Of a stretch of DNA of 64,000 nt, positions 43,801 through 58,800 are shown piece after piece; within the stretch, counting starts at the first letter, position 1; each line of letters starts with the position of its first letter. The notes beneath the pieces are model-generated. The model did no database searches and was not told the DNA's origin. It saw only the letters and a program-made list of their open reading frames with translations. The translations under genes were made by a program, and so were the position numbers. Where the stretch lies: NCBI RefSeq assembly GCF_030684315.1, contig NC_081363.1:46097254-46161253 (forward strand), written 5' to 3'. Origin of the DNA: Stegostoma tigrinum. Lineage: Eukaryota.

Positions 43801-46800
43801 TCTTTGAGTACATAGATACCGTAATAGTATTCACTTGCAAGTCCCGTATGATCTTTGTAAATGTGAAAGAATTTTTTTTTGTTGTTGTAGGCACGGGCAA
43901 CTTGCTGTTTGTCTAAACATGGTCCTGATTCCTATTTTTTTAAAAAGCACACTACTTAATCCACTCAACATGGCACAGAACCAGCACAATGGTAAATGTT
44001 GATCCATTCATTCTTAAGCAATGACATAGGAGATGTACGAGTACAACTGTACAAAAAAAAGTGGGAGTGTGACATTAGGTCATCCATTCACCTCTTCCCT
44101 TATCTTAACTTGCAATCCGTTCTGTTCACCCACTTCACTTTCCTGTCTTTGCTTTGTTTTGTAACCCATGATTCTTCCATTGATTAAAAATCTACCTTTC
44201 TTTCTCGGCCTTAAGGACCCAGCCTGAACAGCCTTTTGCGTGTAGAATTCCACAAATTCACTACCCTCAGGAGAAACTCTTCCTCATCTCTTGTCTTGAA
44301 AAGGCAGCTCCTTGTTCTGAGATTATGTCCTCTGGTCCAAGACTTCCTACATGGGGGAACAATCTTGCTGCATCTACCCTTCAAGTCCCCCAGTGATTTT
44401 TTTAATGTTTCAACAAGCAACACCCCCCCCCCCCCCCCCCCCCCCCCCGCCCCCAACTGTGTCTTCCAACAAGTACAGGCCAGCGTATTTAATCACTCTG
44501 TGCCTGGTATCCGTCTGGTTACCCTTCTCTGGACTGCCTTCAATACTAGCATATCTTTGCTTGAACAACGGCACTAAAACTGTTCACCGTATTCTAGCTG
44601 TGTTCTAACTGCCTTCTATCGTTTCAGCAAGGCCTCCCTATTTTCTACTCCATTCTTGTTGAAGTGAAGGCCAGCATTTCATTTGGATTCCCCTATTGTA
44701 CATTGAACCTCCTGTGCTAGCTTTTCTTGTGTTTATACACAAGAACACCAATCCCTTCGTGCCTTCTGCAGTTTTTATCCATTGAAATCACATTCACCTC
44801 TTCTCACCTCTTGTGCCAAAGTACATAACCTCATATTTTCCACATTTGTTCCATCTGCCATGTTTTTGTCCACTCACTTAAATTGTCTTTATCTCACTGT
44901 ACACATTTTGTGTGACCCTCTCACTATTTGCCTATCCACCTATTCTTATAGCCGGGTTTGCAATGATCTTAATATGCTGTGGCATATATGTTGCTATGGC
45001 ACTCCACTTGTTCCAGGTTATTATCCTGAAAATGCCCTCCTTATTGCAACTGTTTTGTATTAGTTAACCAATCCTCTATACATGCTAATGCACTGCCTAC
45101 AATGCCATGAGGCTTTAATCTGCAATCTTTATCAAAAGCCTCATGAAAATCCACATATATTCACTCCTTCCCCATTATATCTATACTGCTTGTCACCATC
45201 TCAAAGTATTCTAGTAAGTGTATTAGGCATGATTTCCCCTTTTGTGAAGCCATGCCATCTCTGCTTGTTCATATTATGTATTTTAAATGATCTGCTATTA
45301 TGTTCTTTGTAATAGATTCTAACAATGTTGAAACAACAGATATTAAACTAACTGGCCTATATAGTTACTTAGTTCTTTTGCTTCCTTCCCTTCTTTCAAT
45401 AAAGGTGTCAGATTTAACACAACAAGGTGTCAAATTTGCTGTTTCCAATCGTCTGGGAGTTTTTCAGAATCTAAAGATTCTTCAGAGATTACTAACAATA
45501 TATCCTTAATTAGAATGCATCCCTTGCGCTCAGTTTCCCCAGCACTTTTTTCTCTAGTTATTTATTGCTTCACTTCCTTTTGTCCTTTGTTTGGTAATTT
45601 TAGGGCGTATTTAGTGTCTTCTGCTATGCAAAGTTTTTATTCAATTCCTCTGCCCTTTCCTTATTCCCCAATATTATTTTCCCAGTCTCATTCATTAAAG
45701 AGTCTATGTTAACTTTGGCGTGTCTTCATTCATATATAAATTAAGGATACTACAGCTGCAAGTTGATAAAACTTGTAAGTTTACCCTCAAAGTTTGTCTT
45801 TTCCCTCTACTATTTCTTTGGTCACCTTTTGTTGTTTTTTTTATAACTTTCCCAATCACCTACCTTACTACTAATCTTTGTCACACTGAAAGAAAAAAAA
45901 TACACAGTTGATGCTATCCTTAACTTCCCTGCTATTAACATAAAAATCATAATTTCCAAATTCATGTTATTTGCAGTTTGTTTGATGGGAAGTTGCAGAC
46001 CTCAGGATCTAAATAGTAAATATTTTTCTTTACTAGCTCCCAATTCTTGAGGAAAATGGAATAACTCACATAATATGTGTACGGCAGGATATTGAGGCAA
46101 ACTTCATCAAGGCAAATTTCCAAGAGAAATTTAGGTAAATATTTGAAATTATACTTGTTAGTAAATATTCTCTGAAAGGTATGTGTTGATTGTGTTTTTG
46201 CTATGTGCTCATTTTATTGGGATCAAGCAAAATTCTTGACTCTGCTATCGAGCATCAGAGACAACTGTGACAGTAGTTATAAACTTGACAATTCCCTGTA
46301 CTTTTCAATCTTCTCCTTTACACACATCGTTAGGAATTCAACTGTTTGATACTTGCTTATAGCAGTGAGGCCTGAGGAGAAAGCTCTTGTAGAATGTGGG
46401 AGGTAAGGATCACCATTCGTGTCCCTTCTGACTTCACCTGCAAGAAGTGTACCCAATTCCAGCTCCTCTGAGACTGCGTTAAGAAACTGCAGCTGGATGA
46501 ACTTCAGATCATTCGGGAGGCTGAGGTGATGATAGAGAGGAGCTATAGGGAGATAGTCACATCTAAGTTACAGGTTAAAGGTAGCTGGGTGACCATCAGG
46601 AAAGGGAAAGAGATTAGGCAAACAGTGCAGGGATCCCCATTGGCCATTCCCCTCAATAATAAATATACCACTTTGGATGCTGGGTGGGGGGTTGGGGGAG
46701 CGGAATTTCTTAATGAATACTTTGTTTCAGTATTCACCAGTGAGAGGGACCTTGTCATTAATGAGGACAGCATGAAACAGGCTGAAATGCTGGAACAGCT

Positions 46801-49800
46801 TGATGTTAGGAAGGAGGATGTGCTAGAAATTTTGAGGATAGATAAGTCCACTGGGCCAGATGGGATATACACAAGGTTACTACAGAAGGCAAGGGAAGAG
46901 ATTGCTTTGACGATGATCTTTGCGTCCTCGCTGTCCACTGGAGTAGTACCAGATAATTGGAGATTGATAAATGTTATTCCCTTATTCAAGAAAGAGAGTA
47001 AGGATATCCCTACAAATTACAGACCGGTCAGTCTGTCTTCTGTGGTGGGAAAATTATTGGAGACGATTCTGAGAGATGCTATTTATGATTATTTGGAAAA
47101 GCACAGTTTGATTAGAGATAGTAAGCATGGCTTTGAGAGGGGCAGGTCATGCCTCATAAGCCTTATTGAATTCTTTGAGGATGTGACAAAAACATATTGA
47201 AGGTAGAGCAGCAGATATGGTGTATATCGATTTTTTTTTTATATAAAGGCATCGTTTTGATAAGGTTCCCCATGGTAAGCTCATTCAGAACAAGTAAGGA
47301 GGAATGGGATTCAAGGGAATTTGGCTGTCCAATAGAAGACAGGGGTGGTAGATGGAAAGTATTTGGCCTGCAGTTCTATAAAACCCTGGTTAGACCACAC
47401 TTGGAATATTGTGTTCAGTTCTGGCCGCCTCATTATAGGAAAGATGTGGAAGCTTTAGAAAGGGTGCAGAGGAGATTTACCAGGATGCTACCTGGACTGG
47501 AGGACAGGTCTTTTGAGGGAAGGTTTAGAGAGTTAGGGCTTTTCTCACTGGAGCGAAGAAGGATGAGCGGTGACTTGATAGAGGTGTACAAGATAATGAG
47601 AGGCATAGATGGAGTGGATAGCTTGAAACTTTTTCCCAGATTGGAGATGGCTATTATGAGGGGGCATAATTTTAAGGTGATAGGAGGAAGGTATAGGGGA
47701 GATGTCAGAGGTACGCTCTTTACACAGACTGGTGGGTATGTGGAATGCACTGCCAGTGGTGGTGGTAGAGTCAGATACTTTAGGGACATTTAAGTGACTG
47801 TTGGATAGGCACATGGATGATAGTAAAATGAAGGCTGTGCTGGTTAGTTTGATCTTAGAGTGAGATAATAGGTTAGCACAACATCATGGGCCAAAGGACC
47901 TGTATTCTGTTCTTTGTTCTCATCCTATAGGTACTGGAATTTAAACTGTTGTTCCCCTGGCAGGTTTTTCACAATCTCAGGAGAGTCATCTGAGAGAGAG
48001 AAGAAAAGCTGGTTCAGTCACTTTTACCATATTCGTTATTCTAAATGAACCAGCTAAGAATTGTCTAGTCTTGTTTCCTCATGGGATGTAGATGATGTTA
48101 GCAAGGCCAAGATCAGTTTAGCATCTTAATTACCTTTGAACTGAATGGCTTGCTAGGGCATTTGAGAGTCAGATACATTGATGTAGGTCCATAGTGTCAC
48201 ATGTAGGCCGGACCGATTAATGCGGACAGATTTCCTTCCTTAAATTGCACTATTGAATCAAATGGGGTTTTATAACAATGATGATAGTTGTATTAGTTCA
48301 CCTTTACTGAGACTAACTTTATATTGCAGATGCATTATTTGAATTTCACTTCCACCAGCCAGTAGCCTGAGCCTCATAATGACATTATGGCTTTTTAAAA
48401 TTCATTTTTGGGATGAGGGTGTCACTAGCTAGACCAGCATTTATTGTCCATCCCAATTGTGCAGGGAGCAGTTAAGGCCAGAACCAGATAAGGATGGCAG
48501 TCTCCTTCCATGAAGGACATTAACGAGCAAGACTAATTTTGCCAAATAATTGGCAATGGCTTACTGATCATTAGACTATTAATTCCAGACTCTCTTTATT
48601 GAATTCAATTGAATTCATATCTGCCATGGCAGGGTTCAAACCTCTGTCCCTAGAAAATTTCCTGGATCTCTGGATTAACAATCCTGCAATAATACCACTA
48701 AGCTATAACAGGTGGCACTGCCACTGTCATCCCCTTAGACTATCTTATGCATTCAATTGTGAGATTTACAATGAGGAACTTCGCACAAAAAAGACATTCT
48801 TGAATTGATGTTTTCCTTATGCTTACAGGTATTTGGTTTTGGATATTGCTGATAATCCAGTGGAGAATATAATACGATATTTCCCTGTGGTAGGTACTGG
48901 CTGCACTTCTGGTTGTCTGTATTTCTTGTGTTTCTTCCTACTTCAATACTATATTACTTTCTTTAAAAAAAATACCACTTTCGTGAGCATGTTTTCTAAT
49001 ACATTATTATCAGAATTTAACTACCAGTTGTTCTTAAAAGGTACAATTGCTTTTGTTCTAGGTTTTAAATATCTATTATTTCATCATTGTGAATGCAGTT
49101 CTCATTTTCTCGTCAGGATAACTTTTCTTTATGAAACTGATCATTTTAAGTATTAATCTAGCAGCAACCAAACAAAAGATCTAGTGCTAAAATGAACACA
49201 CAAATGCTGAAGCAACCCAGAAAGAAACAGTTTATGTTTCAAGTAGAGTATTTCTCTTCAGAACGGAAATTTATTGGGAGATGATATTTTAACATACAAA
49301 GGCAAAGGAGGAGCAAGTGGGCAGATGGTATGGAGGCCCACTGCAAAAGACAGAAGGATTGCTAGTCGGAGTGAATGAGAAATAGAAGTATAAAACACAT
49401 GTAAATTAAGGTGTGGAAGGGTCAAAGTGAGTCCTCACAGCTGGGAGAAAACTAAACAAGACAAGCTTGTTGAGTGGAGACAGAATATAAGAGAAATGGA
49501 AGACATGTTGTAATGTCAATCTTTGAAGATGTATAATTCAACATTGAGTTCCAGAGGCTGTTAAATGCCTAAGCAGAAAATGAGATGGTGTTTCCTTGGC
49601 TGTATGCAGTGCTTTGATGGAACATTATGACAGGCCCCTGACAGAAGTGTGACCATGAGAGCAAGGTGGTCTTTTTGAAATGGCAAGCAACTGAAAGGCC
49701 AGGGTCATTCTTGGACACAGCCAGAGGTGTTCTACAAGCACTCACTGAGTGTGCATTTGATTTCGCCAATGTAAAGCAGACTGCATTTTGTGCAGCGAAT

Positions 49801-52800
49801 ATAGTAGACTTGAATGAAGAAAATATAAGTAAAATTCTACTTCCTCCAGGTACTGCATTCAATCTTGTTTGCTGCATTTGCTGCCTCTATGCTCTATTTA
49901 ACTTTTAAAGTGGCAACAGAAGAGTCAATGAGGGTTACACTACTGACATAGTGCCCATGAACTTCCGGAAGGCATTTGACATAGTGCCTCGAAACAGACT
50001 TGAGAAAAGATTATGCATTAAAAGGGATTATGGCAACCTGAATGCAAAGTTGACTAAAGGGTTAAAAAAAACAGCAAGTAACTGGATATTTATTGGAGTA
50101 GAGGAAGGAATGTGGTGCAGTTGCCTGGAGTCAGTTTTGGTACCCTTGATTGTCTTCACATACATTAATGATTCAGATCTTGATGTGCCCCTGGAAAATT
50201 AAATGTTTTTGAATGACACAAAATTTGGAAGTGTTGTAAACTATAAGGAAAGTAGCAGTGAGAACTTCGAATGGATAGAGACAAGTTTGCAGAGTGGGTG
50301 TATGGGTGGCAGGTGAAGATCAATGTGAAGTATAACATAAAATAAGGAGTGACACTTTAAAGAAGGTGCAAGAGCAGAGGGCCTGGGGTGTGTATGTGCA
50401 CAGATTATTGAAGATGCAGACCAGTAGAGAGAGCAGTTGACAAAGCATGTTGTATTCAGAGTTTTATTAATAGTACCTTGGAATAGAAGAGCAAGGAGGT
50501 GATACTGTACTTGTATAAAACACTTGTTAGACATCATCTGGAGTATTTTGTACAATTCTAGGTGCCACAGAAGAATGTGAAAGCATTGGAGAGAATGCAG
50601 AAGAGGTTTGCAAGAATTGTTCTGGGGGTGAGATACTTCATTTATGAGGACATATTGGAGAGGTTGGAACTGCTTCCCTTGGAGAGAAGAAAGCTAAGAG
50701 GAGATCTGATAGAAGTTTTCAGTATAATGAGTAGGGGCTGGAGAGAAATTTCTCCTGCTTATAAAAGGATCAAGAATGAGAGGATGCAGAATTACTTTGG
50801 CTTGCAAAGAAGTGAACATGCTGTATGGAAATGTATTCTCACAACAAACATTTCCGGTTTAGAATACGCAGGATGGAAGTATGGTGGAGGCAGTTTCAAT
50901 TGAGGCATTCCAAAGGGCACTGGAATTTAAATAGAAACAATGTACCAGGCTATGTAGAAGAGGCTGGAGCATGGCATCAAGCCATGATGCTCGTTTAGAG
51001 AGCTGGTGCAGATTTGTTGGGCTGAGAGGTTGCGCCCTCTCCTGGTACACTTCTCTGACTCGTGCAGGAATATTTCACATTTCCTTTATGAATCATTTTC
51101 AGAATTAATTTCGGGAAATGACCAATATTGGTGTTGTTTCCTGGCGGCCACATAATCTGAGTCATGTTTGGAAGTGGTTATTGTAGCAAAATTAATCAGA
51201 AACTTCAGAATGTGTATTGACCTTGACACAATTCAACAACATGGTTGCTAGGGGAATCCATCCATGTCAACATCCATTTTTGTAGGAATAACAGGAAAAT
51301 GGACTGTATTTTGAATGGTTAGAACATTGCAGCACGCTCCTGTTCAGAGAGACTTAGGTGTCCTTGTGCATGAATCGCTAAAAGTAGGATTGCAGGTGCA
51401 GATGGTAATTAAAAAGGCAAATGGAATTTTGTCTGCCATTGCTAGAGGGATGGAGTTTAAAAACATGGAGGCTATGCTGCAGCTGTATAGGGTCCTGGTG
51501 AGGCCACACCTGGAGTAGCGTGTGCAGTTTTGGTCTCCTTACTGGAGAAGAGATATACTAGCGCTGGAGGGGGTGCAGACGAGATTCACTCGGTTGATTC
51601 CGTAGTTGAGGGGGTTGGATCATGAGAGACTGAGTAGCTTCCCCACAGTGTAGGCACAGTTTGGTAACTGTTGCAAGGGTAGAAAGGCCTCAAATAACAA
51701 GACACTCCTATTACCACTTTGCTGTTTGCCAACTATCAGGTTCTGTGCTGATTGACCTAGTTTTCATTCTCGTCCACCAGCCAAACTGTCGTTTTAGGCT
51801 TATAAAACTGATTTGCACTTTCCCTGCTCCCTACCAGTCTGAAATTCACAATGAGTTAAAGCCAGTCCCATAGTATCTAATATTTGAGACAGTTGAATAT
51901 AATATTATACCCCAGTAGAAGAGATTGCGTAGTGTATTTTCAGCACTTTTTATTGCAAATTTTCTCTCCTAATTTGACGCAGCCCATGGGTGCAAGTAAG
52001 GAATCTTCTGGTCTGCTTGGTTCATTGTGACATTCTGTTACATTATTTTATCTTTATTTCATGCTTATCAGACTTGATCCTTTTATAAGCATGTTTTAAA
52101 TCACCAAAGACTTCCATTGAATGTTAATTCCCCTTGGAAAGTAACAGTAATACTAGGATTGTGAAAAATATATACTTTCCTTTTTGTTATTTCTTCAGAC
52201 AAAAGAATTCATTGATGGATGCTTGGAAAATGGAGGTAAAAATCTGATTTTGATTAGTTTTCGTAATGTTTTGAACGAACACAGCTATGGTAATGTACCC
52301 TGACTGCTTTACTTTTATAGGAAAGGTTCTTTTACATGGAAATGCAGGTATTTCTCGAAGGTAAGAAAATGATTTTACTTCGAATTTATAATCTAATTGT
52401 TATGCCCTCCCTTTAGAGGAAGCTTAGTGATTTCACTTTTTTTTTCCCCTTCCTCCAGTGCAGCCTTGGTGATAGCATATATAATGGAAACATTTGGTGT
52501 TAAGTATAGGTAAGCAGTGAAAAGAAATATGAAGTTTAAGGTGTTGATTACCATACTATATTTGTTTACTTTTTTTTCAGCTCATTCAATATTGAAGTTA
52601 GAGTTTCACAATAATGTAAATGACATTGAAAGCCAAATGGAGAGTATTATTGAATTATGTAGGAAGAACAGGGCAAGAGGATATTTTCTTCTTTTCATGG
52701 CATGTGAACATTACTGCCAATTCCAATAATTGTTGCCCATCCTTTAATTCCCTGAGAGCATGGTGCTGAGCTACCTCCAACCATTCTAGTTCATCTGTTG

Positions 52801-55800
52801 TACACCCATGGTGGTACTAAGAAGGGTATTTCAAAAATTTGCCTCAAACTACTTAGTAATGCTATTAATGGGTTTTGTACACAGTGGTCAATACATTTGC
52901 AAAAAATGTACAGTTTATAACTTCGTATTTCATTGCAGTTTCTTTAATTTGGAATAAAATGGAGGAATGAAGAGGGTATGTGATCATTAAAACATCGAAC
53001 AGAACAACACAGGAATTCTGCATCTCTGTCAATGCTGACCATGATTCCATTCTAAACTAATGTTATCTGCCTGCGCGTGATCTATATCCCTCTCTTCCCT
53101 ACCTGTTCCTATGTCAGTCTAAATTCCTCCTAAATGTTGCTCTTTTTTTCTGCTTCTACCACCTCTCCTAGCAGTGCACACACCTTCTGTGAAATAAAAT
53201 TGCCTGTCACAACTCCTTTAAACATTCCCCTCTCACCTTGAACCTTTGCCCCCTAGTATTTGACATTACCACCCTGGGAAAAATGATTTAGATTATCCAC
53301 CCTATCCATGCCTCTTTTACACTTCTTTCAGGTTCACCCCTAGCTCTGACACTCTAGTGAAAACAATCCAAATTTGACCAACCTTGCCAACCTCTCCGTA
53401 TAGCTAATGCACTCTGATTCAGGCAACATCTTGACGAACCTCTTCTGCACGCTCTCCCAAAGCCTCCGCATCTTTAATGTAATGTGGTGACCAGAAATAA
53501 TCTGAATGTGGCCTAACTAATGTTTTAAGTAGCTGTAACATTGACTTGTCAACTTTCATACTAAATACCCTGACTGATGAAGACAAGCATGCCACCTTTT
53601 ACTACCTCATCCTCTTTCAGGGAGCTATGCACCCCACGATCCTGCTGTTTATCAATGCTCCTAAGGTATTGCCATTAGCTGGATAATGCATTTGACCTCC
53701 CAGAATGTATCGCCACGCAGTTGTAAAGATTAAACTCCATCTGCCATTTCTCCACCTAACTTCTCAACTGATCTATATCCTGCTGTACCCTATGACAATT
53801 TTCTTCACTATCCATGACTACCATCAATTTATGAGTCATCTGCAAACTCAATCAGACCTTCTACATTTATATGTAAAAGAACAAGACAACAGAATTCTCA
53901 GCACGAATGCTTAGGGATCATGACTAGTGATAAACTCCCAGAAAAGCACCCCTCCATAACTAACTTTTGTATTCGAAGCTAATTTTGAATCCAACTGACC
54001 ACTTACTGTGGATCCCATGTGACTCCATCTTCTGGACCAGCCTCTCATGAGAGACTTTGTCAAATGCTTTTGTAAAGTCTCTGTCCGTTGCCCTACCCTC
54101 AATACCTTCATTGCTTCCTCAAAAAACTCAAATCAAATTTGAGAGAAGATATCCTCTGCATAATCCATTCTTTTCCAAATGCAAGTTAATCTTGTCCATA
54201 GGCATCTTTTCCACTATTTTCCCTACCAATGATTTAAGGTTCTACCAGCCTGTAATTTCCTGGATTATCCTTGTTGCCTTTCTTAAACAGGAACAGAATT
54301 GGCTAGTATTCAGTCTTCTGGGGCTTCGCCTGTGGCTAAAGAGAATGCAAAGATCTCTGTCAAGACTCCCAACAATCTCCCCTTTGCCTTTCTTAGTATC
54401 CTGGGAAAGATTTCATCAGGCCCAGGGGACTGTATCTTAATGTCTTCAAGGCACCCAACACCACTATCTTCTTAAAATCAATAACGTCCAGAATATTGGC
54501 ATATCCCTCACTCTGTTTCTGTTTCTAATCTTGCCATCATCTGTGTCCTTCTCTTTGAATTCAATATGGAAATGTTTGTTAAAAGATCTCACCTATTTCC
54601 TGTGGTCCACGCATAAATTCCCTCAATCCTAATCCGTGTGTAAAATGCCTTTAGATTCTTGTAATTCTTATTAGTCAAGGATATTTCGTGGCCCTTTTAG
54701 TCCTTCCAATTGCTTGAGTTCTTTTACTGCTTCCTTTATATTCCTCAAGGGTTTTATCTGATTTCAGTTTACTAAACTTTTTTGTATGCTTCTTTTTCTT
54801 TTTGACTGAACTTTCATTATCTCACGTCATCCAGAGTTCCCAAATCTGACGATCTTTATCTTTCATTCTCATTCTGAACTCTCATCAGCTGGCCTTTAAA
54901 AGACTCCCACATTGTCAGATTTAAATTTACCCTGAAATGGCTGCCCCAGTCGAATTTCTCCAGGTCCTGCCTAATAGTTTTATAATTAGCCTTTTCCCAG
55001 TTTAGCACATTCACGTGAGGGTCGATCTTAACCGTATCCCTAACCATTTTAACACTTCTGAAATTATGATCACTGATCCCAAAATGCTCCCCCACTGAAA
55101 CTTAGATCACCTGGCTAGGCCCACTCCTCAATACAAGGTCAAGTATGGCCCTTTCCCTAGTTGAACTGAATACACATCGTTCCAAGAAATACTTTTGGAT
55201 GCATCTAACAACTTCTGCTTCATCTAAGGCCGCTGGAACTAATGAAGTCAAAGTAAGGGAAGTTAAAAGCACTCACTGCAACAACCCCGTTTTTACATTT
55301 TGCTGTGATCTTCCCACATAGCTGTTCCTGTATGGCCTGCTAGCTATTTGTTGGCTATTTGTATAGTATAATCACATCAGTGATTACACCTTTTATTCCT
55401 GAGTTCCATCCATTTGGCTTTACTGATGACCCCTCCAAGATGTCCTCTTAGTGCAACTGTGATATTCTCCTTTAATCAGTAATATATTTCCCCTATCCCT
55501 CTTCATCTCTCTGTATTTGCCTGAAACATTTAAACATTGACATGCCAAGTCTGCATTTCACTCAACCAAATTTTTGTAATGATTACAACATCGTAATTCC
55601 ATGTACTAATCCAGGCTGTAAACTCAGCTGTATACCTATTATGATCAATGCACTAAAATAAACACAGACTGCCAGTCCCATGATGCTCATTAGCCTAGCC
55701 CTGCCTGTTCTTTCCTTTCTTTCTGAATCACTCGACATGTTGATGTACCACTGTGGTCAACTCCATCCCACCCACCCACCTCCCCGCCACCACACAAGCT

Positions 55801-58800
55801 TATCCTTCCTGAGATTAGTATTGCGTTCACCTAACAACAACAGTAGTGTGATTGTTAAAGACTAAAGGGTAGCCCACGTTTACTTGTTAGGAATAATGTG
55901 CAAGATGTTCACATGATTGTGGAATAGTCAAGTTGTAAACTTTTAAACTGGCTAGTTTATTTGCAAGGTATGTTCTGAGGTTAGAGTGTAAACAGGACTA
56001 GTCAACATCTCTACCTGGACAGAAGTAGAAATGATTCACAGAACCTTAGCGATTGACTTTGTGGGGGAAAGATTGCACGGGAAGCCACTAAGAATAGATT
56101 GCCAGATTCTATTAAAAAGCATCACTGAACCTCTCCAACAAATGATAAGAAATGAGATATAGAGGTGACACGTTCACCATGCAAAACTGCAGGTGCGAGC
56201 TTGCACTCTGTTTGAAGAAAATATTTCATGTGGATTTAACCGACAGGAAGATTCACTTTGTTTTGGCAGGAGGGAGAAATCCAGGGCAACCCACATTTTA
56301 AAAGCCAGTTGGAAATTAATTGTGATCCTGATGGGTAAGGAAAAGAGGAAGGCAAAGCCTCAAGCTTTGGACTGGTTCTGGGAGAATAAAATGTCTACTT
56401 AAAGAACAACTTAAAGTATAGTCTTCAAAGAACATGTTCAGTTTATATCTTAAACAGGAATTTTTTTTAGATAAGTTGCCTGCCAAAATATTTAATCATC
56501 TTTGTTCTAGTAAAAGTCTTAAAACTTAAAAAGGAATGTAAGGGATTCAATTTTTTTAAAACGTTATTCATGTCTGTGAATCAAACATGGATTAAAATTT
56601 TGGGAGGAGTAATGGAGATGAAAATCCTTTCACTTATTTTAAGAACTACTTGTTACTGCAATAGATGACTTGAGAATCTTTCTGGGTGAAGGAATTAAGT
56701 TGGGTCAAATTGCCTCACTCAATTCTAATGATGTAATTGAGTGCAATGAACCAGATTACAGTGATTCAAGAAGGCCATTTGCCACCACCTTCCTGAGCAA
56801 GTAGGGATAGGCAATAGATGCTGGCCCAGCCAATGATGCCTACATCCCATAAGTGAATTGAAGAGAATTGAACATTTCTCGTTCGTTATAATATAAGTTG
56901 TGTAATGTGTTGTCAAATTGTAGAAGCTCCTGTCCTTGTCCTGGTGTTAGACTAGGCAGTTTCTGTCTTGCTTGCTACTTCCACTGGAATAGTAGACAAG
57001 TAGTGTAGAAGAGCCAGAGAGGTTACAACACAGGATCAGGTGGTTTGCCATTATATCTGTGCCAGCTCTTTGATAGAGCTGTCCGAGATTGCCCTGTTTC
57101 TCCCCAGATTGTACTTTACACTTTACAGAAGATGTAATGGACTCATCTTCCACCACTTTTTTTGTGATAAGAGCATTATGCACAACAACATTTTCCTTTG
57201 TTTAAAGAAAATTGTCTTAACACCCTCCCCAGTTTGACTGCTTATAAACAACCCCAATTTTGCAACCAAAATAAAACCCTTCCTGATTCACCTTACGAAA
57301 ATCCTTTATCTTTAAAAATCTTTACCAAATCTCTCAACTTTCTTTGCTGCAGTATCTTGAGTCTTCCCTTACAAAGTTTATAAAATCACTATGACTGTAT
57401 AAAGTTTGTAATTCTTGATGTTTTCTGGATATATTTCATTCACATGTTCTCTGTGGCTTTGCACTTTATATAATACAGTAGTTAAATCTACAGTTGCATC
57501 ATACTATGTATGCTAACAAGTGTTTTGTGTAGATTTACCATTACTTCTTTACACTTCTGTCTTCTACCCTTATTTGTAAAGTACAAAATCCTCTGGATGA
57601 TTCTGTAATCTTATTGACTCTGACCTTCATTTTTGGGATATTATATAATTGCCCCTTTACTAATTTTTTTTCTTACAATGTATTATCTTACATTTGCACC
57701 CATATTGAATTACACCTGCTATTTCGAAGTCTCTTTCTTGTCTCCCTTGCTGGCTGCTAACCTGCCAGCCTACTTCTGTATTATCAAACTTTAAAATTTT
57801 GTTCCATTTAAATGAGACTAAATCATTTATTCATAGATCCCCATCACTGATCCTTTGAATAGAATGTAATGTGAATCATTGCCATTCTTTGGAGAAAGGT
57901 AATAGCACAGAATGAGGACATTCAGCTTATCATGTCTGTGTGCATCCTGATGGAGCAATTCACAAATACCCTTGCCCATCCTTCTCCCCTTTTACTTTTG
58001 TGCTTTTAGTTTACAGGTAATAGTCCGGCTCCCTCTTGAATGCCTTGATTGTATCTTCCTCCAAGAGGCACTTGAGTCCATCCAGATCCCAAACACTTAC
58101 TGCATTTTCTTCCCCTTTCATGTTGCTGTTTTTGCCAGCTATCATAAATTTATGACCTCTTGTTCTCAATCCTTCCACCAATGGGAAGATTTTTTTCATG
58201 CCTACTCAATCTACTCCAGGATATGGACCCTGAGAACATACTGACATTAGTACTGAACATCTTTACTCCAGAATTAGCTGAATCTGTAACCAAGTTGTTC
58301 CAGCACAGCGGCAGCACTAGAATCTATCTCGCAGTGTGTATAATTGTCCCTGTCTGCCCTGTCCACAAAAGGCAAAACAATTACCCACATCACCAATTAA
58401 CCGTCAGCCATCAACAGAGTGAAGGAAAGGGCTGTCCACAATGCTATGAGAGGCATTTGCTCAGAATAACCTCGCTGTGGTGAGTTTGGCTTTCACAAGG
58501 GCCATTTAGCTACTGACCTGATTACTGCTTTGACCCAGATATGTTCAAGAAAGCTGAACTCCAGAGGCAAATGTGACACCTCAAGACAGTATTTGAATGG
58601 TGTCAAGGAGCCCTAACAAGCTGGACTCAGTAGGAATGAAAGGGAAAATTCTACTGGTTGCACAAAGTAAAATAGTTGAGGTTATTGGATGTCATGGAAT
58701 TCAGCCCAGGACATCATGGCACAAGTTCCTCTGGTCATGTCCTAGGTACAATTTCTTCTATTCCATTATCTAGTTGTAAGGTTAGAAGTTGGGATCTTCG

